The position numbers were made by a program, and so were the translations under genes. DNA of 27,137 nt, taken from contig CM119269.1 of the NCBI GenBank assembly GCA_051294375.1, positions 5,944,945-5,972,081 on the forward strand, given 5' to 3'. This DNA is from Paraspadella gotoi (taxonomy: Eukaryota; Animalia; Chaetognatha). Numbering within the stretch: position 1 is the stretch's first letter; each line of letters opens with the position of its first letter. The notes under the pieces are model-generated. The model made no database searches. It saw nothing but the letters and a program-made list of their open reading frames with translations, and was not told the origin of the DNA. Shown here piece after piece: positions 1 to 9,941 of this stretch.

Positions 1-612
1 AATTGGGTCGACTTTTAAAACTTTATCTCGAAATGAATTTGGAATGAATTTGAAATGAATTACAAATTAAGTCGAAATGAATTTGAGATGAATTTTCCTT
101 TTTCATTTCCTGTTACGATCTTGGGATCTCGAACTCATAAGAGCAATGCGCCGAACACTCGTCGTTGAAATGGCAGAGCGGTATTTATTATTTGGAATGG
201 CAGAGTGGAAAATGGTAAAGATGGTATTGGAGTGGCATAAAAAGGGTTATTGAATGGCTTGTCCGATGCCACGCAGCCAAGAGATGCTTGTTTTTTTTTT
301 ATGAAAAATTTAAAAATAAATGTAAAAATTCCATATATTTCACTATATCGTCATTATATATTAGATTAGATTATATTATATTAGATTTAATTATATTCTT
401 TATATAAAATATATTATTTTATTATGTAATGGGGAGAGGGATGTTAGTGTTTTCTTCTGGAAATAGAGGGAGCATCTATTAAACACAAGGTTAAAAGTTA
501 TTTTCTTCCCTCGTTTTCAAATTAGATATTAGACATCATTTTTGTTAGAATGTCCTTTATTGAAAATTCAAAATACCTAAAATATGTTACTATGGTAACG
601 GTAGGAATGCCT

Positions 613-754
613 CTGCTACCCGTGGGAGTGAGTATCTCAATACCCTCAGTGACCGCCTCCTGTCACTGGCAGAAGCCAGAACCGGGATACCCAGGGATTG
701 AACCCGGGTCGCACGGTTGTAAGGAGATGATTTAGCCTGCTCAGCCATTGAGAC
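613..754 (-). mobile_element. tRNA-derived SINE-like element (3' boundary approximate)
   Basis: Minus strand has an A-box TGGCTGAGCAGG (735-746) and a B-box GGTTCAATCCC (694-704), then a CAGTGAC..GTCACTG hairpin shared with the element at ~1075-1225. Confidence 0.65.
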
Positions 755-858
755 AGCAGTGAGGCTGCTTTAACTCTTGCTGCCACATTACAATAGTTTT
801 TTTTTACAAACGTTTCCCTTTAAAAGTAATCCCTTCTAACTAACCCTCATTCCTTCAG

Positions 859-967
859 GCGAGCTCTGCATCAGTCGTCCTTGGCCGGGTCTCGCGAGAA
901 CGATTTGGAACAATCACGATCTCTATAAAAAGACATACTTTTCAACCACGCCAGGGCTTTATTTTTG
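859..967 (+). CDS. ACSS1: Internal exon of acetyl-CoA synthetase (ACSS1-like)
   Basis: ttccttcag|GC...TG|gtaagt. Translates (G)ELCISRPWPGLARTIWNNHDLYKKTYFSTTPGLYF(C), the conserved ACS segment preceding GDGA. Its phase-2 end joins C-GGC-GAC at 6525 or 12919. Confidence 0.92.
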
Positions 968-1074
968 GTAAGTTTTAGTTCAATTTCTTTATTGGCTCTC
1001 GCCGTTGTTACTGATTATTAGTTTTCGGGGGAATTGTGAGATGCCCGGGGTGTGAGGCACCTCCCGACAGCTGG

Positions 1075-1225
1075 CGCTCAGGGATCAGGACCTGGAGTGA
1101 CCACCCTATGTCACTGGCGTGTTCATGCCGGCATCATCACACTTTAACCAGCGTGTCCGTGAGGGGATTGAACCCAGACCTCACGGTTAGTTATCGAGTA
1201 CTTGGCTATCAAACCCAATGGAAGG
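1075..1225 (-). mobile_element. Diverged tRNA-derived SINE-like element, related to 613-754
   Basis: B-box GGTTCAATCCC (1164-1174), following CACGGTT, and GTGACC..TGTCACTGGC core all match the upstream copy; A-box degenerate. Confidence 0.5.
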
Positions 1226-1632
1226 AGCTGACTTTCATCAAGCTAAACGGGAGGCGAATTTAGGATTCGCCACAATATATGATTATAGTTTGTTTTCCTT
1301 TGTGTTTCGAAGATTTTAAAACGACCGCTTTTTTGCATAAAAAAGTAGGGTATAAAAAATGTTTTTATGATATTGTAATACTTATTTATTCATTCAAGGA
1401 GCTATGATATACAAATATTTTGATGGGTTAAGGCCTATTACAGGATATTAACATTTGTAACCTTATTTTTTTTCCCTCAATTTTTCATCAATCCGGAAAA
1501 ACGTTTCGGTTATAAAATGAAAAAATTAGAGTAAAATCGCGCGTCGAATTGTGATGATTAAATAATTAAACCAACGATAATCTAATAAATTAATTAATTA
1601 AACCAACGATAATCCAATGAAAATCAAAGACT

Positions 1633-1896
1633 TTACTTCGCGTCAAATTTCTGCGCGACAATGACGCCCATCGTCGCCAAGACGACGATCGCCGTAGCCA
1701 CGCCCACCGCGCGGTACCCGATCGTCTCCCCGTAGAACTCGAGACGAAGCGGGTGACGCGTCAAGTGGGCCGCGAGACGAAGACGGTCCGGCGTCGGGCG
1801 GATGCGTCGCGCGAGGCGGCCGCCATCTTGGTTGACGCGCGCCACGGAGAATGATACGAGGGCGAGGAGGAGGAGAGGAAGAAAGAGGGTGAAGAT
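1633..1896 (-). CDS. Nested GRL-like gene, terminal exon 7 (TM6-TM7)
   Basis: tttttcctcctcctcccag|ATC...TAA; IFTLFLPLLLLALVSFSVARVNQDGGRLARRIRPTPDRLRLAAHLTRHPLRLEFYGETIGYRAVGVATAIVVLATMGVIVAQKFDAK*. Phase 0 matches the GAG|gtgaga donor of exon 6. Confidence 0.75.
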   Translation of the reverse strand: MFTLFLPLLLLALVSFSVARVNQDGGRLARRIRPTPDRLRLAAHLTRHPLRLEFYGETIGYRAVGVATAIVVLATMGVIVAQKFDAK

Positions 1897-1944
1897 CTGG
1901 GAGGAGGAGGAAAAAAAAGGGAAAGTGACGGATGGATTTTTTTT

Positions 1945-2236
1945 TTAATCTCTTCTTTCGCTTTCCTTCCTTTCTTTCCTTTTTTCTTTCTTTCCTTTTT
2001 TCCTTCTTTCCTATTGTTTAATTCCTTCGTTCCTTCCTTCCCTCTTTCCCTCTTTAGTACTTCAGATCCTTCCTTCCTCCCTTCATAACTATATTTCTTC
2101 TTCACGCCTTCCTCCCTTCCTTCCTTTTTTTTATCTTACTCTCTCCCCGCTTCCTTCCTCTTTCCTTTCCTTTCCTTTCCTTTCCTTTCCTTTTCCTTTT
2201 CCTTTCCTTTCCTCCTTTCGCTTTCCATCTTCCTTT
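1945..2236 (+). repeat. Polypyrimidine / (TTTCC)n low-complexity tract
   Basis: Nearly pure C/T with TTTCC units; lies in GRL intron 6. Confidence 0.85.
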
Positions 2237-2278
2237 GCGCTGCTACCGCCCCCTCCCTCCCCGTCACCAACATCTCAC

Positions 2279-2883
2279 CGTCGGGCCGCCCTACGGTTCC
2301 TTTGCCCGACTGGCCCAACCGCGAATCCCCTGCGTCGTCCACGGCGAAAACGAAAAGCGTCGCCGGCCGACCATACCACGCTGGAGGGCGTTTCCGGCGG
2401 GCGTCGAAGGGCGTCGGTCGGAGGTTCCAGTGGGCGCGAGAGGATGGCAACTAGGGACCGGCTTCGGTGCGACGACGCCGGCGTCGTCGATGGCGTCGTG
2501 ACGTTCCAAACTCGTGTCGACGGCCAGCAGCTGTGGACTCGTCTTCGACGAGTCGCATATTTGGAGTATTGCTTTGATAAAGTGATTTCGTCGAGCTCCT
2601 CTTCTTCTCGCGATCGTATGCGGGTCTCGCCGTCGACGACAGCTGCTGTTGATGTTGCGGCTGTCGGTACTGCTGTTGTTGCTCGCCGCCGCTCGATCGA
2701 ACGCGGTCATCGCTCCACTCTATACCTCTTCGCGCCAGACTTCGGTCCTCGCTGCGCTCGGATGAAGGTGGAGTTGGTCGTTCGTCAGTCGGATTCGTGC
2801 GTCGTCGTCGTCATCGTCGTCCTGACGGCACGTTTCGGGTTGGCGTCGATGGTGTAGACCGGAAACGCGTCTGGCGTTGGGAT
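2279..2883 (-). CDS. Nested GRL-like gene, copy 1, exon 6 (noisy, many insertions; boundaries approximate)
   Basis: Homologous to the open exon at 8741-9292 but fragmented into several frames. Confidence 0.55.
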
Positions 2884-2964
2884 GCTGTGAAGACGCATCT
2901 GGGCGAAAGGGAGGCGTCGATGTTATTCATGCAATCGTCGTTGTAATCATGGCGCTTCAATTAA

Positions 2965-3567
2965 CGGCAGTAGTGAAAGGTTAACATAGCGAAAATTCTA
3001 AACAGTCAATTATGAACAAATAAGTTATCCAATCAAAGGTGAGACTTAATGTTGTAAAAAAACATAAATTTCATGTTCTTTTAATTTTCGCAGTAGGCTA
3101 TATATTTATATATAGTACTAATCTTTATAAAATCGAAAAATTTCAAAATAAGCTTTTTTTCTTATTTTTGATTGCAGATTTGAATTCCTCGTCAAAAGTT
3201 GATAAAAGAAAATATAAATCATTTTTAAAATTTTTTTCATTAAATGGGTTAAAAATTAAAAAAACTATATTTAATATATAAAAAGTTAATTTTCAGCTTA
3301 AAATATAATGAAGGAATTTTTCAAAAAGAGTTATATTTCTTTATATCAACTTTTTATGACGAATCCAAATCTGCAAAAAAATCTTTAAAAAAACTGTTTT
3401 GAAAATTTTAACATTATTGATTTAGTACTAGTATAAATATGGCCTACTGCGTAAATTGTAAAATTTAATATAAATTTTTTATTACATAAATGTTCATTAA
3501 TATAATGTTGTTCGTTCGTCACTTTTAGAATTTTAATTAAAGTTAAATTTAGAAATTTTACTACGCC
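2965..3567. mobile_element. Foldback MITE, Kolobok/T2-like (copy 1)
   Basis: Flanked by TTAA at 2961-2964 and 3568-3571; left end noisy; same palindromic body as 9364-9941. Confidence 0.7.
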
Positions 3568-3584
3568 TTAAGTCTCATCGTCAC

Positions 3585-3773
3585 CTCTCCCCGCCTTCGC
3601 GCCTCTCCGCTCTGCTCTTCCTCCTCCAACTCCTTGCGAATCTCCGGATGGCGGTCGACTTTGACCGACAGACCGACAGGACGGCGGCCAGAGCCAAAGA
3701 TTCCAGAGACCGGCCAGGGCAGCGTTGGCGAGTCGGGTGTAGGCCTCGAAGGAGCAGACTAGTTTGGGCAGGC
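3585..3773 (-). CDS. Nested GRL-like gene, copy 1, exon 5 (TM4)
   Basis: ctctctccctccaag|GC CTG...GGA GAG|gtgacg; LPKLVCSFEAYTRLANAALAGLWN then (L)LALAAVLSVCRSKSTAIRRFAKELEEE after indel correction. Confidence 0.6.
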
Positions 3774-3910
3774 CTTGGAGGGAGAGAGGGAAAGTGAAGA
3801 AGGTGGATGAGTTGTCACTGATTCTCTTCGTCTCGATACTGATTACAGGGTCATAGGTGATCACTGATCACCTGATCAGGTGATCGGGTGATTGTGTCAA
3901 AGTCTCTCAC

Positions 3911-3983
3911 CGAGAGACTCGCAGAGTTGACCTCCCTCGCTCCCGATCCTTGAGCAAGGATGTCCGTTTCGTTGGAGGCAAAT
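3911..3983 (-). CDS. Nested GRL-like gene, copy 1, exon 4 (loop)
   Basis: tttctcag|A TTT GCC...CTC G|gtgaga; 1 nt shorter than the in-frame copy 2 exon. Confidence 0.55.
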
Positions 3984-4056
3984 CTGAGAAATTCGAAAAA
4001 TGTTAATAAGGCAAAAGTATGAACATTTAAAGTGAAAGTCCCTGTAGAAGATACAC

Positions 4057-4249
4057 CTGTCGTAAGCATCTGCTGCGATGAAGGCGGCGATTAGTAGGAT
4101 CAGGCAGATGACGACCTTGGCGACGGATTTGGACAAAGGCCAACGGAGTCGATCAGGCGATGGTTCTTCGCCAGGCGACGCGCGAACCGGTTGGCGTAGA
4201 CGCCTGCTCAAGAGATGAGTATGGCTCGAATCGTTTGAACCGAATTCTC
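4057..4249 (-). CDS. Nested GRL-like gene, copy 1, exon 3 (TM3); 5' boundary uncertain
   Basis: ttttag|GA...GAC AG|gtgtat; 193 nt fits phase 1 to phase 2; encodes SVAKVVICLILLIAAFIAADAYDR. Confidence 0.6.
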
Positions 4250-4870
4250 CTAAAACGATGGTTGTTGACAAATAACAGTGATCTGTTGGATTTTCGCCGG
4301 CATTTGTTGCAGACAAATTTAAACAAGTTTAAACAACGATGATTAAGCGGTAAGCATTTAATCAGTTAGTAAGTTTATGATCTATCATAAAAATTTTTTT
4401 ATTAATACAACCTATTATCAATGTTTGTAGTTTAACGTAATTTTTTTTTAAATTTAAACTCATTTCCACTCGATTCCAGCAAAACTTGATTTTCCTGTCA
4501 ATCACACACTTCTTTAGCCATCGCCCCGCGTTCAATGCTAAGGGATGGACAGACAAACAGACAAACAAAGCGACATATGGACATTGTTTTGTTTTTTTGT
4601 GTTTTTTTGCAAACTAATATCGACCTTTTCTCTAATCTTAAACACAACGAAAGAAAGGATTACTACACAACCTAATTTTTAATAATTAATGATCTAACTG
4701 ACTTACAGACAAGATTTTGGGGTGGGACCGTCGGACCGATAAACTCGAAAGGCCCAGAATTTTAGTTCATTTTTTAGATATAAGGCAGTCAAAATCCTCT
4801 ATTGCCCACAAACTGCGTGTCAAATTCGCATCCCTCCTCTCACCAAAGCAGCATTCGACTTCAATCTCAC

Positions 4871-5155
4871 CAAGCAGCGTTCCGTACAAGCAAAAAGCCG
4901 ATGTCTACGGCCGCTTCCAGCGCCGTCGTCTTCCTCGTGTTTCCCGAGTTGGCGCCGCAGTTTTCCGACTTGGCACCCGACGATTGTCGCGTGGCAGACC
5001 GAAGTAGACGACGCCGACGACGACAGTGACGCCGAAGAGGACGGCGCCGACCAGGGACGGCGTCGTCGGGCACCGCGGCGCCTCGACGAACGGCGCCGGA
5101 GTGGAGACCGCCGAGAAGAGACTCTATGAAAAAGTTGAAGGCGTCGGGCGTGACG
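4871..5155 (-). CDS. Nested GRL-like gene, copy 1, exon 2 (TM1-TM2)
   Basis: tcaag|C GTC ACG...CTT G|gtgaga. Consensus of both copies: VTPDAFNFFIESILGV...SLVGAVLFGVTVVVGVVYFGLHATIVGC...LEAAVDIGFCLYGTLL. Confidence 0.65.
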
Positions 5156-5604
5156 CTTGACGGATCCACGGGGGGTTGGGGGGAAAGCGTGGGGTCTTTT
5201 TTTTGTGGGGGGTTGCGTAGGGAGTTGATTGCTAAGTAGTCAGCCAGACTCTTTTTTTAAATTTATTAAAAGTTGGTGATAAAAAGATCACGTGACTCAC
5301 TTGTATTTTCGATTCTCCATCTTGGATCTTTTTTTACTTTTTTGGTGAACGTAAGGAAGAGACGGATGTCTGGAGACGATTACAGATTAATGCCAGTGAA
5401 AATTTAAACATTCAAGATTTCAATTTTTTTTTTTTTTTCAAAATTAAATCGCTTGTTCTTGTATGAAGAATCATCGCTAATCATTGATCCATTCCACGCA
5501 TACAAAATTTGATGTCATAAACTATCGTGAAAACAACAGTATTATTAGAATATTTAAACTGTAGCAATATCGATATATCATGATATAAAACCAATACTAA
5601 TCAC

Positions 5605-6081
5605 CTGAACCCGTCGTAAGATTCCGAGAAAAACTCAAACTGATTTCGTTCGTCGCTTTCCTCGAACGCGCGCGTCGACGCGACGCTGCGGAGAAACGGC
5701 GTAGAGCAGCGCCGCGACGACAGCGCGTGGGAAGCGAGTGAGGTGAGGGGCGAACGCCGCCGCAGTAGCAGCAGCCGAGTGAGAAAACCCAGCGGAACGC
5801 CAGAGTGAGCGGTCCGACTCGAGTCGTACAAGGCGTGCGCTGGCGGACAGCGCGGCGGCGTGCGGGCGCGTTGCGCGATCGAGAGATAGCATGCTGATCC
5901 GCGGTTAGAGTCGCGCTGGCGTTGATGGCGGAAAAGCTCGTGCGGATCGAGCCGCGAGGTTGGACGATCGTAACCGGCGCAGGTGCCGCTCACGCCGCTG
6001 CCGTCGCCGCTGCCTCCGCCGCTGCGCCGTTTCCGGAACTTTGAATAACCGTTAGAATCGGCTGGGCGTCGTTCTTCCCAT
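5605..6081 (-). CDS. Nested GRL/7TMIC-like gene, copy 1, exon 1 (N-terminal region; indels)
   Basis: ATG at 6081, MGR...FEFFSESYDGF, donor AG|gtgatt; GC-rich island bounded by AT-rich DNA. Confidence 0.6.
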
Positions 6082-6524
6082 GATTCACTAATTAATATTA
6101 TTAATAATTAATTAATTAATATATTAATAATAAAGCTAATTGTTGATATTAGTTATTATTAAAGTTCCATGAAAATACCATTATATATTTATCCGTCGCG
6201 ACAGCGATCTTTTATCATCAATTGATTAGGGGTGTTTCAAAGATATCGAGCTCTGGTTTCAAAGTCCCCATTGTTATTGATGATAAGGTTTTTTTTTTCA
6301 TTGCTTGGACAAGATTTTCTTATCTAATAATTCTTATCAATGAAGAGTTGCACAAAACCGTAACTTTCTCGTGGTTGCTATCGGTATTAATTATAATGCG
6401 AATATATAAATTATAATGATATATTAAAATAATACCCCAGCGAAATGACAATAATGAAATGCGTATAGAGTAAAAATAAAAGAAAATCGTTTCCATTACC
6501 TCACGATGCTCCTTTGTTTTTCAG

Positions 6525-6670
6525 CGGCGACGGAGCAAGACGGGACCGGGAAGGCTTCTATCAGATCACCGGCCGCCTCGACGACATCGTCAACGTGACG
6601 GGACACAGACTCGAACGGCCTGAAGTAGAAAACGCTATCAATGAGCACCAGATATCGCGAGTCCGCTGTG
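6525..6670 (+). CDS. ACSS1: ACSS1-like exon, copy 1 (single-base indels relative to copy 2)
   Basis: ttttcag|C GGC GAC GGA...GCT GTG|gttagt; [29 protein letters not shown]. The frameshifts here are absent from the 12919 copy. Confidence 0.85.
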
Positions 6671-6940
6671 GTTAGTAACCGTCGATCTTAAATCATTTTT
6701 TTTAAGAAATTTGATCGGTATTCATTTTTTCTTTCATTACTATGCATTCTTTCTTTCTTTCTCTTTCTTTCTCTTTCTTTCTCTTTTTTCTTATTTGTTT
6801 GTTTGTTTTTTAAATTTATTTATTCATTTTTCATTCATTGATCTCATTATTCAGTTACGATTACGTAATTATAAAAAGAAAATATTAGAAAGACCCGCCT
6901 CATTCCACTCCACTTTTCCCCTCCATCTTCCACACCCCCG

Positions 6941-7009
<69 letters not shown>
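6941..7009 (+). repeat. (GCC)n tract abutting ACSS splice acceptor, copy 1
   Basis: About 22 pure GCC units followed by tctcccag. Confidence 0.95.
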
Positions 7010-7017
7010 TCTCCCAG

Positions 7018-7344
7018 GTGGGCATCCCCACGACATCAAGGGCGAGGTCATCTTCGCCTTCATGGTGAAGAAGGACAATCGCCCTCGCGAGCAGGAAGAG
7101 TTGAAGCGAGAAGTGGCGTCTCAGGTTAAGAAAGAGATCGCCTCCTACGCTGTCCGGCGGAGATGCTGCTCGTTCCGGCGCTGCCGAAGACGCGGAGCGG
7201 CAAGATCCTCCGGCGCTTCCTTCGAAAGATCGCCGTCGACGACGCGGAGGACTTTGGCGACGTCAGCGTCGTTTCGGACACTTGGTCTGACCGCCATCTT
7301 GGATTGAAGCGGAAGCAAGCAGCGGAGGAGAAGGGAAGCCATAG
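7018..7344 (+). CDS. ACSS1: ACSS1-like terminal exon, copy 1 (indel errors)
   Basis: ctcccag|GTG GGC; contains [12 protein letters not shown] and [12 protein letters not shown] in shifted frames. Confidence 0.85.
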
Positions 7345-8683
7345 CGAGGGGGGGAATCGGGTTGGCAGAAGGAGGGAGAGAGAGAGAGGGAGAGAGAGTG
7401 GAGAGAAATGAAGAGTGAGGGTCTGCAGATGTAACGCGATCGAGAAAAGCGGCTCATTTTTTTTATATTAAATTCCATTTTCTTGATTATCGAATCTCGT
7501 TTCTGTGAATTTTATTACATTACGATATTAAAGTTATTTGTTAAAATGGCGAATGTTTTAACCCTGTTGACAGTTTTTCAATATTTCCTAAAGCAGTTAA
7601 TGTTAGTATTTTTCACGGACGTGGAAATGGGGGGGGAAGACGTAGGGTTATTGCTATTTCTTACTGATGTCTTTTGCTATATACCTGTTGGAATCTTGCT
7701 ATTAAATGTAATGCATCCAACTGCATGATTGTTTTGCTAATTATATCTAGTTGTTTTAAAAAGCGCACAATTTTGAGTTTTTTCGTTTCAGATTTCAGTT
7801 TTATTTTTTACTTATTTCTCCGTATATGTTCGCGTAAATCTTTTGTTATTTTTCGTTGCTTCTCAAGAGGGATCTGCTGTTCTTGTTCTTTTACGCTCCT
7901 TAACTCATTTTGGAAAAGACAAGCGATGGATCTCTGACTAAAGTGGCTCATGGTCTTCGGACCCTTTGTATGAATACAGAAAGTAAATAAGTGTAGCGAC
8001 CCAAATGACGAAGACGACGACAAAGACGACGACAAACCGACGACGGTGACCTTAGCATTCACACTAGTGAATCTCACCAGGCAGTGTCTACGAAACGCCT
8101 TTCTTAAACCATTGATTTCTAACGGTAAAAATTACTACTTTTTAGTGTCTCGTTTGATTCTTCTGGTCATTCTTGATTTTAAAAATCGGTTTGGAATAGT
8201 TATCTCTCTATCATAAAGTAGGGGCTGCGCATCGTTCGAATCGAAGTTCCGATCAAGATTCCTTATATTTCACTTCTATTCAAAAACTGCATAGTCACGG
8301 CCCAAAAATTATAACAATATGGGCAGATTCTGAAAGCTTGGCGTCTTGGGAAGCCAACGGAGGTAGAGCGCGATCGAAATTTCCATTTTATCATGCCCAA
8401 AAATGGTATTTAAATTGACTGGTCAGGCCGTTTTTTCCCTTTTCCCAAAAAGCCTGCTTGATCTTTTGGAAAATAGAACAAATCATACATATCAGTACGG
8501 TTTCGGATAGCCTTTTGTCTTCTCTACACAATAAAAAAAAGAAAAGTTTAAATTCTTGCAATCTTTAATGCTTGATAAAGCAATCAAATGAACTGGTTTT
8601 TTAGGTGAAAACTGCATAGTCAAGCCTTCATTTTTTTTTGTTCTAAAACCATCGAAAGAAACTGTATTGTTTATACTATCTGT

Positions 8684-8708
8684 NNNNNNNNNNNNNNNNN
8701 NNNNNNNN
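8684..8708. other. Assembly gap (25 N)
   Basis: Run of 25 N. Confidence 0.99.
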
Positions 8709-8740
8709 CGCCCCCTCCCTCCCCGTCCCAAAACTCTCAC

Positions 8741-9292
8741 CTCGGCCGCCCTCGTTCCTCCGACTGCCCAACCCGCGAATCCCCTCGTCGTCCACGCGAA
8801 AACGAAAAGCGTCGCCGCCGCCATCCACCGCTGGAGGGCGTTTCCGGCGCGTCGAAGGCGTCGGTCGAGGTTCCAGTGGCGCGAGAGGATGCAACTTAGG
8901 GACCGGCTCCGGTCGACGACGCCGGCGTCGTCGATGGCGTCGTGACGTTCCAAACTCTGTCGACGCCGCAGCTGTGGACTCGTCTTCGCCGAGTCGCATA
9001 TTTGGTAGCTTTGATAAAGGATTTCGTCGAGCTCCTCTTCTTCTCCGTCGATGCGGTCGTCGCCGTCGACGACGCTGCTGTTGATGTTGCGGCTGTCGTA
9101 CTTGCTGTTGTTGCTCCCGCCTCGATCGACGCGGTCATCCCCAATCCTCTCGCGCCAGACTTCGGCCTCGCTGCGGATGAGGTGGAGTTGGTCGTCGTCG
9201 TCGGATTCGTCGTCGTCGTCGTCATCGTCGTCGCTGACGACGTTTCGGTTGGCGTCGATGGTGTAGACCGGAAACGCGTTGGCGTTGGGAAT
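8741..9292 (-). CDS. Nested GRL-like gene, copy 2, exon 6 (acidic loop + TM5)
   Basis: cccaatgcgtcttcag|ATT...GCC GAG|gtgaga; 552 nt open: IPNANAFPVY...DDDDDDDDESDDDD...ILSRHWNLDRRLRRAGNALQRWMAAATLFVFAWTTRGFAGWAVGGTRAAE. Confidence 0.75.
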
Positions 9293-9363
9293 CTGAAGAC
9301 GCATTGGGGGAAAGGGAGCGTCGATGTTATTCATCATCGTCGTTGTAATCATCGCTTCATTAA

Positions 9364-9941
9364 GGCGTAGTGAAAGTTACATACGAAAATTCTAAAAGTC
9401 AATTATGAACAATATACCATCAGTGAACATTAATTTGTAAAAAAAATAATTTATGTTTTTTAATTTTCGCAGTAGGCTTATATTTATATATAGTACTATC
9501 TTTATAAAATCGAAAAATTTCAAAATAAGCTTTTCTTATTTTTGATTGCAGATTTGAATTCCTCGTCAAAAGTTGATAAAAGAAAATATAAATCATTTTT
9601 AAAATTTTTTTCATTAAATGGGTTAAAAATTAAAAAAACTATATTTAATATATAAAAAGTTAATTTTCAGCTTAAAATATAATGAAGGAATTTTTCAAAA
9701 AGAGTTATATTTCTTTATATCAACTTTTTATGACGAATCCAAATCTGCAAAAAAATCTTTAAAAAAACTGTTTTGAAATTTTAACATTTATTGATTTAGT
9801 ACTAGTATAAATATGGCCTACTGCGTAAATTGTAAAATTTAATATAAATTTTTTATTACATAAATGTTCATTAATATAATGTTGTTCGTTCGTCACTTTT
9901 AGAATTTTAATTAAAGTTAAATTTAGAAATTTTACTACGCC
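9364..9941. mobile_element. Foldback MITE, Kolobok/T2-like, in GRL intron 5 (copy 2)
   Basis: TTAA-GGCGTAGTGAAA...TTTACTACGCC-TTA(G). Arms are inverted along the whole length (CGCAGTAGGC/GCCTACTGCG; TGCAGATTTG/CAAATCTGCA; AAAAGTTGATA/TATCAACTTTT). TTAA target with RR..YY termini is the Kolobok pattern. Confidence 0.75.

Larger units (their letters stand above)
2247..8079 (+). repeat. Unit 1 of ~5.8 kb near-identical direct duplication
   Basis: Colinear with 8709-14497; differences are mostly 1-bp indels plus some substitutions. Confidence 0.93.

Noticed and set aside
30-96. 11-bp AAATGAATTTG tandem units (and the AATTAAACCAACGATAATC duplicate at 1564-1613)
   Set aside because: Ordinary short tandem duplications with no further signal.
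4360-4705. Possible Helentron/HINE-like element with (GACAAACA) repeats
   Set aside because: Only a short microsatellite and weak inverted ends; boundaries not definable from this window.
6711-7307. Poly-Pro ORF (and the poly-Ala/Gly/Arg ORFs at 6869-7078 and 13209-13726)
   Set aside because: Translations of the intronic (GCC)n tract fused to the ACSS exon; the splice model explains the region.
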